From Chiloscyllium plagiosum (Eukaryota): DNA of 47,307 nucleotides. The notes beneath the pieces are model-generated. The model saw only the letters and a program-made list of their open reading frames with translations. It was not told where the DNA came from and ran no database searches. Numbering within the stretch: the first letter of the stretch is position 1; each line of letters opens with the position of its first letter. The translations under genes were made by a program, and so were the position numbers. Below, in pieces: positions 23,584 through 36,663 of this stretch. The stretch covers positions 4,966,702-5,014,008 of the forward strand of contig NC_057758.1 in assembly GCF_004010195.1 (NCBI RefSeq), read 5' to 3'.

Positions 23584-26500
23584 AACATATCTGTAAGTGA
23601 ATCCCCCAGATTCCGAGACAGAAAACAAGTGGCTTCCAGCAGAATGCAATTCCTGAGGCAAGGAAACGGGGAACAACACATGTGCGAAATCAGAAAGGGA
23701 ATTTGCACATTGATGAGGAGGACTTGGTTCAGAATGTATTTCCCTACGTAATTGGCTGGTGGACTGCAGCACTCTGTTGTTGTTTGGTCACGGTTTATTC
23801 CTTATGTCATGGAAACCAAAGCTCGTTCCACTGTCGTCACAATACAGCAATGGACCAATGATAACTGCTGAAGGAACGGATGCACTCTGGTCCTCCACCC
23901 ATTCAGAGTTCCTCGATTTCCTGAGCGCTACCATTGAATAATGAGCTTCTGAAGCGGTACTTTCCTGATCAGCGAATGTACTGTTGCTACTACTCTCTCT
24001 GAATGAAGGTGGAACTTTACCCAAACTGAAACTTCCCCCTCTGTACATCATCTGGCAACACAACACTGGTTTTTATATTTCATGTCCTTTTCCTTGTTTT
24101 TTTTTTTACATTCTGGGCTTATATCATGAAATTGTAGAAACTGAAAGGAAAGGACTTAAATCCAGGAAAGAAGCAGGTGACTGTCAAGGACAACAGTTGG
24201 TGAGCGGGATCTGTTAATCACCAAATTCAGGAGAATGGGGAGATATACATTAGGTGATTTTACTGCTCCTCGGAAGCTGCCTGAATTGCTTTTGCAGCAC
24301 CACTAATCCAGAGTCTGGTTTCCAGAATCTGCAGTCATTGTGTTTATCTAGGTATACGTTAGTGACAGAAGAGTGAAAACTGTGGATGCGTGTGGCACGG
24401 AGGATTACAGATTTGAGGGAAGATTGAAGAGAAAGCTATTATAAAGAAACTGGAAGTGTCAGTTCTGAATTTCAAACCTGAGCTTATCATTTTTATCATT
24501 TATCTTAAAGGGTGCCCAATGGAAAAATTTAAACACAGAAATATTCTCCGACCGAACTCCCATCTGATCTCTAATGCTCCCTTGTTTCTTCTGTTTAAAG
24601 AACCGTTGTTTTTTGATGTCTTTATTCGAGACACCGCAAACAAAATAAAAGCTCATAAACAGTAATTACTGCTCCAAATAATCGACGAAATCAGCTCCGC
24701 ACTGAAAAACAATCTGAAAGCAAAGGAGCAGTTCTTACAACCCTGATTCACTCCCATCCTCCATCCTGACTGCTTCTTGTTCACACAGACCATACTTGTT
24801 TCTGGCTGGATGAGGTTTTCTCTGGTTTTTAACCTTCCAAATAAAAAGGACACCCATCAGGTGGAGAACCAGGAAATTTGAGGACTGTTGGAAGATATTT
24901 CATTCCTTTCCAGTACTGGAATTTCAGCGACGTTGTCACACAAGGGAGAGGCCATTCACCTATTCGTAATGTGAAAGGCAATCCCTGCCTTATCTGTCCT
25001 ATGAAAGCACGAGCCTGCTGTGACCAGCATCAATGGCAACATCGAACGGTTTCAAGAAAAAAAAATGGATGTAGCTGAAGCAGGTGCAGTGTTTCTCGGT
25101 TGTTTTTTTTAATTCTCAAATGCCTGCTGGCATTATTCTGTCGATCTAAATTTTCTGTTATCAATTAATTAGTCTGTTAACATTGGCACCACGCCATTGA
25201 AGTTTGGAACAAATCTCCGGTGGAATCAACTTTGTCCGAAAAATCGAAGCACCTTTTTCTTCAAGGATGGTCATAGGAATTTCTCAATAACATTTGTCTT
25301 CGCGTTCCTTGGACTTAGCCTTCCATGACTCATATTGTGTCTCAGGGACGTCACACCTGTCTTCGTGAATTCTGTTATCTTCAAGTTTATTAATAGTTTT
25401 CTTTTTATCGTAATCGTTCAAAGAGCTCATCCAGCTATAACGTGTGATCTTTCCATGACTCGCAAAAGATTATTACTTCATCCAGGTAAACTGCCCACTT
25501 TGTTAATACAGTCATAATTCTGTTCTAATTTGGAAATGCCGGTGTTGGACTGGAGTGTACAAAGTTAAAAATCACACAACACCAGGTTATTGTCCAACAG
25601 GATTAATTCGAATCACACTAGCTTTCGGAGCGCTGCTCTTTCACAACCACCTGATGAAGGAGCGATGCTCCGAAAGTTACTGTGCTTCCAATTAAACCTG
25701 TTCGACCATAACCTGGTGTTGTGTGATTTTTAACACTTATGTTCATGAGTCTTTGCAGTGTGGCAGGTGCTTTCTTCATTCCAATGTCAATTGGGATTCA
25801 TGCAGCTCATTTGGATTTATAAACGTGGAAACATTTTTTGCTTTCTCTGATAAAGGTATCTACCAATAAACATGCAGTGAGTCCAAATTTGGGCAGCACT
25901 GTGGCACAGTGGTTAGCACTGCTGCCTCACAGCGCCAGAGACCTGGGTTCCATTCCCGCCTCGGACAACTGTCTGTGTGGAGTTTGCACATTCTCCCCGT
26001 GTCAGTTTCCTCCGGTTTCCTCCCACAGTCCAGAGATGTGCAGGTTAGGTGAATTGGCCATTCTAAATTTCCCGTTGTGTTAGTTGTAGGGGAATGGGTC
26101 TGGGTGGGTTTCTCTTCAGAGGGTCGATATGGACTTGTTGGGCCGAAGGGCCTGTTCCCACACTGTAAGTAATCTAAAAAAAGACTCCAATGATGTTATC
26201 GGTAGGAATCCGATTTTGCTCGAGTTGACCTTCCGATAGTAAACATAAAATCTTGAATCCTATCAGGTGTAACAATTAACATCATCGGCGAATTCCACTC
26301 ACTCTGACTCGGTTCAATGATATCTTCGATCAGATTCGCATCCACGTCCTTCTGGATGGGTGTGGCTTTCAGAGGATTAAATCTGTCAGGGTTTTGATTT
26401 TCGGAACGGCACTTCCAACTTCTGCCTTGTGCACAATAGTAGAGGTCCTCCCCATTATATTCTAGCATGTGTCCACGCACTATTGCGACAGACCTTTCAA

Positions 26501-26675
26501 CTCAGTTCTTTACTCCAAAGAGAGAGAGAGTGATCGTTTTCTAATCCCTCCCACTCCTCAAGGACGTCCTCATTATTTCACGTGTTTTGAGGCACATCAA
26601 AATTCATAACATTCTGATTTGATTACTGTGTCTGCCGGGAGTAAATAACGCCAGCTTCTCCAGTTCCTTGTCTCT
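23584..26675 (+). repeat. Segmental duplication, copy 2
   Basis: Colinear with 19797-23083. Confidence 0.95.
25891..26181 (+). mobile_element. HE1-like SINE (duplicate of 22276-22592)
   Basis: A/B boxes, core and tail present. Confidence 0.9.
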
Positions 26676-27864
26676 ATTATAGTAAGGTTTCAATATACTC
26701 ATGTAACGTACACGATTAAGATTTCTTTTCTATCCGGCATCTTTTACAGATAGTTTATCTGACTCAACATTTTCACAACTTGATCGGGACCACTAAATCT
26801 GGCATGGAAGGGGTCATCTAACATTGGTGACATTCCTCATGTGTCATCCCCACCGGGCAACATCCGAATGATAGAGATTTAAAGGCCACCTATTTACAAC
26901 CTCGCAATGTCTCCTTCACCTGCTGTTTAAATAACACAGCTACCTGATTTAATCTTTCCCTTACAGTGGTTACATAATCCGAGCCTGATTTTTCTTTAAA
27001 TAACTTCAAAGACCCTCTCTCTTTATGTCCAAATACTAACTGAATCGGGTGAAACTGAGTAGATTCGTTTGGGATATCTCTAATGACAACCAAAATTCAT
27101 GGAATACCTTTGCACCAATCTTCGTGCAATCCTAGCAGTAAGCTCTTAAAATGATCTTCAGCGTCTGATGTCACTATTCCAAAGCTCCCTGTAATTCAGG
27201 GTGGTACACAATTGATTTAAAGTGCTGTATGCCTAAGCTATCCATGACTTTGTGAAACAGCGTAGCAGTAAAAGTAAATCCTTGATCTGAATGAATCTCT
27301 CAGGGTCGCCCAAACTGAGTAAAGAAAGCTGCTAACTCCTCCAACACCCTTTTTGTCTTTCTACCCCGTAATGGAATTGGTTCTTGAAAAATGCTCGACG
27401 CATCCATTATGGTTAGGAAGTACTGGTTCCCACTTTTAGTTTATGGGTAGGGAACTACGCCATCAAATATTTCACGCATTAAAGTTTGTTCAAATGCAAG
27501 AATTGGCAACAAACATGCTGGTTTTCTCAGAGCCTATGGCTTGACAAACATTTGGGACTTTGACATGTGTAGCAAAATTTAACCACATTCTTGTGCAGTA
27601 CAGGCCAATGAAATGATTTTTGTCCCTTAGCCTGAGTCTTCCTCGCACCGGGGTGAATTCCTACTGGGAATTGAAGTGCTTCCACAACATGTCCTGACTG
27701 TATGCTGCCGGCAACAAAATCTGGTTCACTTCCAACCCATTTATCCTCTGCACAAACCTGGTCTACTCCCATGTTTGTCTTCGGATTGCAACTTTTTCCA
27801 GCACCACTCTAATCTGGACTCTTTCAGATAATAGCCTTCTGAATTATATTCTGATTCCTTTTCT

Positions 27865-27943
27865 GAGTGTATGTATTTTTACGTGTATGTATACGTGTGT
27901 GTGTATACATATACATATATTTCATAAATATATATATATATAA
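27865..27943. repeat. Compound (TG)/(TA) microsatellite
   Basis: gtgtatgtatacgtgtgtgtgtatacatatacata...tatatatatata. Confidence 0.85.
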
Positions 27944-28264
27944 TATTTTATTTTCTCGTCTTTCTGTTGTAAGCGATTAGCCTTTCAAGTCTAGCACCTC
28001 TTCCCGACGCTCTACCTGTAGATGTTTCTCCTCCCCATAACATCAAACAGTGTCTCTGCTAACTACTTCACACTTCTCCTTCATTTTTGGTTCTTGATGT
28101 TACTATTTTATTTTCTCGTCTTTCTGTTGTAAGCGATTAGCCTTTCAGGTCTAGCACCTCTTCCTGACGCTCTACCGGTAGATGTTTCTCCTCCCCATAA
28201 CATCAAACAGTGTCTCTGCTAACAACTTCACACTTCTCCTTCATTTTTGGTTCTTGACGTTACT
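27944..28264 (+). repeat. 160-bp tandem duplication (2 copies)
   Basis: 27944-28103 repeated at 28104-28264 with a few substitutions. Confidence 0.95.
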
Positions 28265-29223
28265 TATGACAGTAGGATCTTGTTATTATACAGTCTTGTC
28301 AGATTACAGGCTTCCTTTCTTTTAAATCTTCACTACTTTGTTCTTCCTTTGGCTTCTCCACAAGAAGGGGTGTCTGTCCTATCCTGCTAAATTGTTGAGA
28401 AGAACAATCTGTACTTCTGGATCTGACACTCTGTCAATGACTCGCACTGATCCTTTCCCAGCCTTGATTTGGTCACCAAAATGATCTTACAGAGGGCAAC
28501 GCTCAACTTCTGTTCATATCTTCCACAAATTACCCCTCTCTAAGTTAACATGACAGAAAGAGTGCAAATATGTTCATCTCTTACCGTTAGGGACGGATTA
28601 GTGCCCTTATCACTCAAAATTGTAACTTCTTTCCCTTCTCCCCCTTCTTCCTGAATAATCTTACCGGCTGAGGTGATGTTTGACAGCGATCAAACCCTAA
28701 CTCAATATTCAGCTCCTGCCTTGGCAGTGCCCTTTTTTGTTGCTCCTTAACTTCTCTTGTGGTTTCCTTTGCGAATTCAACTAATGCTACTGGCTGCGCC
28801 TCTCTTCACACATCTTTTCCCACAGTGCCCTTCTGTAATGACAAGTGCTGTGCCTTTTCCTGTCCCACCTTATCACAGTGGAAACAAGTGAGGCCTTTCA
28901 CTTCCTTTTCACCCGTCGCTATGCATCTAGTATCAATTCATAGTCACTCAAAATAGCCTTGCTTGGCATCTTTCGTCTCATGACCCCTCATCTGACAGCG
29001 TTGCAAATACCTCATAGCCCTGACTACAAGTTAAGCTTAAAGTAGCATTACCCACACATTCTCCGGCCTTTCCACCTGCCCGCCAAGTTTTCAAATTAAA
29101 CACAGAAGGCTACAAATCTTTCTCATCAAAATGCGACGATGTCGTGACATATGTGTCATCGCCATCCTGTTAACTTGACTTTCCTTAATAATTCGCAACT
29201 TATGATGTTCAGTCAGTCTCTTC

Positions 29224-29516
29224 NNNNNNNNNNNNNNNNNNNNNNNNNNNNNNNNNNNNNNNNNNNNNNNNNNNNNNNNNNNNNNNNNNNNNNNNNNNNN
29301 NNNNNNNNNNNNNNNNNNNNNNNNNNNNNNNNNNNNNNNNNNNNNNNNNNNNNNNNNNNNNNNNNNNNNNNNNNNNNNNNNNNNNNNNNNNNNNNNNNNN
29401 NNNNNNNNNNNNNNNNNNNNNNNNNNNNNNNNNNNNNNNNNNNNNNNNNNNNNNNNNNNNNNNNNNNNNNNNNNNNNNNNNNNNNNNNNNNNNNNNNNNN
29501 NNNNNNNNNNNNNNNN
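29224..29516. other. Assembly gap (293 N)
   Basis: Run of N. Confidence 0.99.
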
Positions 29517-31234
29517 TCTTCTAACATAATTTGCTTCAACAGCAATTGACGTTTTTTCGTAACTCTACTGCAGGTACATAGGTCTCTGCTACACCGACGT
29601 GCTTGCCAAAGTATTATTTTGGCTTTCCTTTTGTCCCCGGCTAAAACCAATTCCATCTGTTCGCTATTGCAAAAAGGAAGCCCTTCCATTGTCAGCACAT
29701 TTGGGAAATATGTTCACACCTCAGAACCTCGTTCACAATCTTCAGAACCATTTCCTCACTTTTAAGTTATCCAAGACAGGTCACCGAAAAAACAAAACCG
29801 ATGATCTCACTTATACTTTATTTAACAATCCAGGGCACTAATCGTCAACTGTTTAAATCGACTGGGAAAATGTCTACCTCAAACGTCTTGGAATCTGTAG
29901 AAGTCTCAGACTGGATATGTCCAAACCTTTCCAAATCCGTACAAATCTCGAGCTCGATATCTTTAATGTCACGGCGGTCAACCCCTTTGTTAATTAAGAA
30001 AAAACACTCAGAAAGACTCACCTCTCCTCGTAACCTGTCAAAATACGAATGAGAGAGAATTTGCAAAAGTAACATCAGCATTTCAATTCTGAAAGTGAAC
30101 ATTAAACAGCAACTGTTCACAATGGTCCGCCCTCGTTTCTTAAGTGCATTTTTTCTGCCTTCAACTCTGTACAATTACACTATTCCACTGGGACAAATAT
30201 TGAAGTTACATCAACTTAATTTCAAAACGACACAGAAACTGTTGTGTTCCGTGACTTCACTCTTAAGGCTGCTGATTTCCGTGGGTCATCTTCTTTCTTT
30301 TTATTGCTAACATATTTCATATGAAAAGCTATCTTCGATTCACACTCTTGCCTAATCTTTTGGAGAGCAAAACATATGTTCTCCAGGCATTTCTGTCTCG
30401 ATGGCACTTGCTGTGTCGCTAATTTACAAAATGTCTCTACTTTTATATCCCAACAACTGATCGTCTCATATGTCAGGTGTTGGAAATACAACTAATTCAC
30501 ATTTGACCAGATTTCCATATCCTGGGGCATAATTTAAACTGGTTAGTTAAATTCAGATTGTTGCCAAAAGAGCAACCAATACACAGGTATCCATTTCGCA
30601 GCCAATTGTTGCATATTTTCAATTTCCCAGAACTCACTGGGACTGCCATGCAGTATTGTACACAGGTGGTTGAAAGGTCTCAGTTCAGAACAGCATCCCC
30701 TCTCTGTTAAAGTTACAGTACATGCCTTGAACTTTATAACAATGTGATCAGATCACTTCGAAAACAAACATTTTATTTGTTTGATTCTCTTTGTTCTTTT
30801 ATGATTGCCTCCTAGATTCCTGTCTATGAACATTCACAGAAACAGTTATCCGAATGTGTACCGTGTTCTGCTACCCATCACAGCAGCTTATTCTAAGTCG
30901 GTGTGCCATCCAGGAGCCTCTCAGTGTCAGAAGATGAAGAGTCTTGAGACGGCTCAGTGAATGTCCTGTGGTATTCTGACCACCAGCGACTGTTTAATGG
31001 AGCTCGTTTAAGACTACAAGGGCTCAAACATTTCTATTTACTCTTCCTCCGATTATCAATCACGGGTCGGTGATAAGTGCGCTGGAAACAGAGAAAAAAA
31101 CTGCTTCCGTACTATTTTCAGTATACACAAGACAGAAACAATCCTCGAGGCGAGACAGAGATTCTCCTTGACCTCATCTTCGTGAAACACTCAGAAGGGG
31201 ACAGCACAGGTTTAAGTATACAATGAATCAGCTC

Positions 31235-31850
31235 AACAAGCACACACAGCTCTCATGCACTTTAATTTCCCTTGACTCTTTATCCCCTTTATCTCTCTCC
31301 CATTCGCACTCTTTCTGCCACTCTCTCTCTCAGTCGACCTTGCTTGCTATCTCTCGCTATCGCTCTTGCACACTCATGCTTTCTACCATTCACATTCCAG
31401 CTCCCACTCCTGCGAACTTGCTCTCTCACTCTCCTGCTCTCTCACTCGCAATCACATTTAAACGCTCAGTGTCACGTTCATTACAGGACATTCATGCTCA
31501 TATCCCCACTATCACGCTCACGAATCTACCGTCACTTTCACTACCTCACCGTCACGCCCATTGCCGCACAGTCACTCTCCTTCCCTCACCATCAAGCTCT
31601 CCCTGCCAGAGTAGCGCTCCCCCCACTGTGGTCAATGTCACTCTCAAAGTCAAGCTCACTCCCTCATCGTCGCTCTCACTCCCCCACAATCACGTTCACT
31701 TCATCACCATAGAGCTCAATTCCTCACCATCAATCTCATCTCGACCATCATTCTCACTCCCTCACTATCACGCTCAATTCCTCATCATCACCCTCACTCC
31801 CTCACCGTCACTTTTAATCCCTCACCATCACGCTCAATTCATCACTAATA
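31235..31850. repeat. C/T/A-rich degenerate minisatellite (ctcactccctcaccatcacg-like units)
   Basis: Recurrent ctcac/catcac motifs and G-poor composition. This explains the long spurious ORFs here. Confidence 0.85.
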
Positions 31851-31959
31851 CCTATTTCTGAACTGAACTAAATTCTATTGGTAAACTGATTCAATAACAT
31901 AGGTCCCACATATATAACAAAATATTAAAGCAAGTTCCTGAATGTGAAAAACATTTCAG

Positions 31960-33476
31960 GCGGGATATAATTCACTATAGCTGTCCCCTGCCGACAAGTA
32001 AAAGTGTGTTTCAGTGTTTGTCAACCATAATGGACATATCCAACAGATTTCAGTTATCACGTTTCAATGCAAAAAAAGTTGGTAGAGGGGTTAGTAGCTA
32101 TTTTCACGCTGCATGGACGATCCAGAGGGATTATAGTCGGACCAACATTCAAATGTTACTGTGAGGTTGTTCAAGGAGACTATGGATAGTTGAATTGAAC
32201 CATACTTAAATCTAGTGCATATCACAAATAATCATAGATAGCTTAAGGAAGGTTGAATCAGACCTTGAGAGCATACAAACAGGACGATCTGAATGATTGG
32301 GATAAAGGTATCCCATTCATCTTGCTTGCCATTGGAGATGCCCTAAACGAACCAACTCTGTTTACTCTCTTTGAGTTGACATTCGGACATCAAATGAGAC
32401 TCCTTTTGAAATTAATTCAATAAAAATTTGACAGAACCAAAGTCGGAGATGTCACACTTATATCATTTATCTTAGTTGAGGGAGGTGAATTACCTAAACA
32501 AGACCTAAAGAGGGCACAGTATACAGTGAAACAGGGGAAAATAAAAGCGCTGAGTCTCAGACGCTTTTCCAAGGGGATAACTTGTTAATACTGTTCCCAA
32601 GTAAGAGGTCTCTTCAAAGCCAGGTTTAGTGGCCCCTATCAAATTGAGAAAACGTTGAGTCAGGTAAAGTATTTATTAAAGATGTCAGATGGAACAAAAG
32701 TATTAAGTTTTCCCTGTGAACATGATGAAACCATATTATACAGGAGAGAATGCATTAGATAAACAGGTGTTCGTTAGTTACTGTCTCGCAGAATGAGGAA
32801 AATAATACAGATGATGTAGATTTTGAGATGCCTCAAAATAGATTTTAAGGAAAGGAGTTCTTGAGGCCTAGGATAGGTTAGTAACCTATCTGTCTCAGGA
32901 GCATGGACCACATTCGAAAGATTTGTTAATGCAATAAAGGACATATGTAAAAATCTGGCTTAATTCTTTCAAAGCCAGACAGTTCCAGATGGAGGTGAAG
33001 GGCATTCTCCAAGAGGACATCATCGAAACAAGTCAAAATGAGAGGAGTGCGCCGATCATCTTCATTGCTGAACCGGACTGGACTCATTGATTTTGCATGG
33101 AATACTTGAATGAAAATGCCGTAACAGAATTGGACTCCTCTACAATTCCTTGACTATAGGACTGTATAAAGAAAAGCGGACAAGCCAGTTCCATCACCAA
33201 GTCTTAAATAATGCGTGGTTTTTGGCAGGTTTCTTTATCAGAGATGGTGAAATCAATGTCTGTGTTTGTAACCACAAATGGACAAAATCGGTTCAAAGTG
33301 ACGCCCTTTCGAATGAAGAACGCTCCCACCACATTCCAAAGGCTTATGAACAGAGTTGCGACTGGTGTAATAACTATGCAGTATATGTGGACGAGGTAGT
33401 GATGTTTCCTAAGTCCTGGAATGATCACATGGTACAGTTGACTGAACTCTTTCAACGGATACGAGAAGCAAACTGA
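31960..33476 (+). mobile_element. Second decayed Gmr1-like gypsy element (integrase followed by RT)
   Basis: DWDKGIPFILLAIGDALNEPTLFTLFELTFG (~32295-32390) and FKARFSGPYQIE (~32613-32650), followed by DIIETSQNERSAPII (~33015), RGFWQVSLS..FRMKNAPTTFQRLMNRV and AVYVDEVVMF. Confidence 0.88.
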
Positions 33477-33479
33477 TGA

Positions 33480-33940
33480 AGTTCTTGGAAAGACTGTAAC
33501 GGACACTACATTGGATAACAGACAGACATCTCGGCACCAGGATATATGAATATCAACTAGCCACAGAAAGACATATCCAACTCTCACTGGTATCCTTCCA
33601 TACGGTTGAGGAAGTACACCACTTCGAATGTGACGTTTCAAACGGAACTCTGTCGATAAAAACACATTGTCTTGAATGCCATTTACCACTTCCTCAGAAA
33701 AGAACAGGAAATGACATCGCAGGAGGAAATAGCATCATCATACGAAATGGCATCACCAACTGAAGGAAACTCAAACATATAAATCGAAAGAGGGCGACGC
33801 CACCAGTGCTTCATCCGGAGGCTCACTGAAGATGTTACCTAGTATGGTGACGAAACGTTTGAAAATGAACTTACCAGCTCAGCGAGTAAACCTATATCCA
33901 GAACCTCAACCTGAGCTACAAATGTTCTCAATACTCTCTA
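33480..33940 (+). mobile_element. 5'-truncated Penelope-like element (decayed GIY-YIG plus 3' terminal region)
   Basis: KDCNGHYIG..RHLGTRIYEYQLAT homologous to the 37150 ORF. The 3' end ccagctcagcgagt..ctgagctacaaatgttctc is homologous to 38566-38629. Confidence 0.85.
33823..33862 (+). ncRNA. Minimal type I hammerhead ribozyme motif
   Basis: Stem I TCA(33823-25)/TGA(33860-62); CTGAAGA 33826-32; extra T; stem II GTTACC/GGTGAC; GAAA 33852-55; palindromic ACGT stem III; GUU cleavage triplet. Confidence 0.78.
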
Positions 33941-33944
33941 ATAT

Positions 33945-34560
33945 AATGTAACATTTTGGACCAGTAAATAGTGTTGATTGACGACTGGAAACGGAAAAAC
34001 AGTTTGGAATTAGGCTAATCTGTTGAAATTGTACCCCGAAAAATACCAAACACCAATCCAATTTGATTTTATTATATTGGCAATCTAAAAAGCCCATGAC
34101 GCAATCCGATGTTTTGGGGGATAAGAGCGGCAAAAACTGGACAGTTGAGAGGAGAACTGACAAGTCACCAGCATGTAAACCGAAAGCCAAAAATAGCTAT
34201 CTTAAATTTACTTTTATGGATCAGGAACTTGTGAAGCAGAAATCCCGAAGAAGAATGAAAGAAGATTCTAAATCTGATTGGCGTTTTGTAATGTTGAATA
34301 TTGGTAAATCTTAATCAGGGGTGGTGGGGCGCGGTTTCTCGCATTTGTGTTTTGGATGGAAGTTAGAAGATACGTCAGAGTGACGACCTATAAATTGCTG
34401 TTAGTTAATTATTCTCTGTTATTCTTCAGAAACGAAGTTGGTAATTGTTGCATTAACTAGCTCTTTGCCTATCGAATTTTCACAGATTACTGGGCGTGAT
34501 CATTTTTCCTGTGTTGCTGGTTTTAAATTAAGCAGGAAAATTGCCTCCGTGTCGCAGCAG
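33945..34560 (+). mobile_element. Possible LTR remnant
   Basis: Non-coding segment after the gypsy/PLE, starting near tgtaaca and ending ...cgtgtcgcagca. No second copy in the window to confirm it. Confidence 0.3.
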
Positions 34561-34608
34561 TGCTCCATGTTGAAATGTTTTCAATTAGTATTCGAACCCC
34601 TACAATGC

Positions 34609-34760
34609 GGATTGTGGTAGGGATCCGGAGCATCGAGTGGAGACCCCCGCACAAACACGTGGATATTGTGCAAAATCAATACCGATAGTTGCTCGAAGCT
34701 GGAATCCAACCTTGGTAGCTGGCGTTTCGCAGCAACAGTGCTAACCAATGGGCCACCCTG
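34609..34760 (-). mobile_element. Decayed HE1-like SINE 5' part
   Basis: Reverse complement ggtggcccattggttagcactgttgc..ggttggattcc resembles the A/B boxes of the 16541 SINE. Confidence 0.65.
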
Positions 34761-35379
34761 CTCCCCATGTTGGTCAGCAGCTTTCATCATCTGTGAATCA
34801 TGGAACTGAATCTTGGACTGCACCTGTCCACTGAACGCCTGTGTTTGTCGCTCTCAGCTGATTGTGCGCACAGTAACAAGAGGAAGTCGTGCTATGTGCG
34901 ATCGTGGGCAGAGACGGTTGGGTGGGACAGAACATGCATAGAAGATATCAGTGCAAATATGTGTAAAAAATAACTAGGGTTTAGGACATCGGCAGAGATC
35001 GAGGCGGAGCAACATTCTACGGAGTGATGCGATGATGTACTTGAGAAAATTAAAATAATACCCTTGGTAGACCATAGCATAGTTTTCATTTCTTTTCAGT
35101 ATACTAACGTGCTTTTCTTTTCAGCATATTACACTTTATTTAAAACATTCACCAGTTCAAAATTTAGGAGCAAATTATAAGGTTTTCTTGAATGAAAGAA
35201 AGAGGAGCTTACTAACCCCTCCAAACAAAATGAATAAAACGTGACATTAAACACATGCAAAAACATATATAAATTTAAGAAGTGGATAGTGTCTAGTGCA
35301 AAATAAAAGAATATTCAGTTTAAAAGTCCCTGAGCTGGTAGGTTTTAATCTGAGACCACAGCTATTTTCTCATGGCTTG

Positions 35380-35810
35380 TGGGTGTTGATGGCCAGGCTA
35401 GCATCTGTGGTCTGTCCCTATTTGCCTTTGTGAAAGTGATGGTAAGCTGCTTTCTTGAATCTCAGGGGATTTCCGGGGAACCTGTTGATATGGTATTCCC
35501 ATGTATCTGCTGCCCACATTCTTTTAGATGGAAATGCCCATGGGTTTAGAAGGTGCTGTCTGAGGATCGTTGCTAATTTCTGCAGTGCATCTTGTAGATA
35601 ACACAGACTGCTGCTACAGATTATCGGTGGTGGAGGGAGTGGATGCTTGTGGATATGGTGCCAATCAAACAAGCTGCTTTGTCCTGGATGGTGCCAAGAT
35701 CATTGAGCCTTGTTGGAGCTGGACTCATCCAGGAGGGTGGGAAGTATCAATCACACTCCTGACTTGTGCCTTGTAGATGTTGGACAGTCTTTGAAGAGTC
35801 AGGAGGTGAA
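35380..35810 (-). mobile_element. LINE 3' fragment (same family as 1590-2110)
   Basis: ctcctgacttgtgccttgtagatg and the RFKKAAYHHF ending are shared with 1590-2110. Confidence 0.75.
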
Positions 35811-36663
35811 CTCCTTAGTACTAGTTTAATCAATGTCTTATATTCTCAACAGTAGCAAAATTTGTAGATATATTCTTTGGAAAATTGATGTTCTCCAGGT
35901 TGTTTTGTTATTGGGTGAGATAAAAGGGACCAAGTCCCACTGTTACTTATCCTTTCTGCCAATGCAGCTGCTTGAAATTTAGGTAATTTGTTTATTCATG
36001 TGTCTGACACAATTGATTTTCCAAGCTGAATAATTTGCGGGTAAATCTTTCATCCCAATATGTGAATTTACCTGTCAAGGTGTAACTCAAGCAGGAGTTA
36101 CAGATCTGAGTTTCTATGCCTTTTGATATTGGCACAGACTGATTCTTGTTTCTTAATGGTTCCATAAGCTGGTTCAGCTTGTGGTTAGCTGATTGCTGCA
36201 GCCCGTTTGCCAGTGTTTTCTCCTTTCTGGTTGGGTATGTGAGGAGCGTGTTGGTGGAGTAGGTCCAGTGGGGTGTCAAAGGATCAGTTATATAGTTACG
36301 CAGGTATTAGACATGGGTTTTACCTGTCCAATGCTTCCTCATCAATTATCCTGATAAATAAGTTGGAACCTTCTGAAGTCTAACTCGGAGATGGAGACAG
36401 ATTGTTATTCGACCATCAATATGCTGTGTTACCTATTCTGGAAAGGGTACAGACCATTTTACAGGAAAATGAAGGACCGGCAGTCAGAGTCCATTGGAAG
36501 GAAGATTGGAGAGGCTAGAGTTTAAGAAGCAAATTAAAAAGCAGTACCGCAGAGCTTACTCCCAGTGCCACAAGCCAGACATAGAAGGATATTGCAAGGT
36601 TATGCATAGCTAGAGACATCCTGCAATGGAAGACCTCAAGAGTCCTGGGTTATTAGATTACGG

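Larger units (their letters stand above)
24950..29760 (-). mobile_element. Decayed Ty3/gypsy LTR retrotransposon with gag-PR-IN-RT-RH order (Gmr1-like)
   Basis: On the minus strand, in order: decayed Zn knuckle CFHCDKVGQEKAQH (~28845-28887); protease-like EVTILSDKG (~28603-28630); integrase Zn finger GIHPGARKT..FHWPVLHKNVVKFCYTC (~27560-27670); core EIHSDQGFTF and YHPELQGALE (~27175-27300); GPY/F FHARFSGPDQV (~26778-26812); RT from ~26340 down; RNase H near 25030. The 5' boundary beyond the N gap is uncertain. Confidence 0.85.

Noticed and set aside
31223..31861. 212-aa and 146-aa Ser/His/Leu-rich ORFs
   Set aside because: They arise from a low-complexity minisatellite that lacks stops, and show no domain features.
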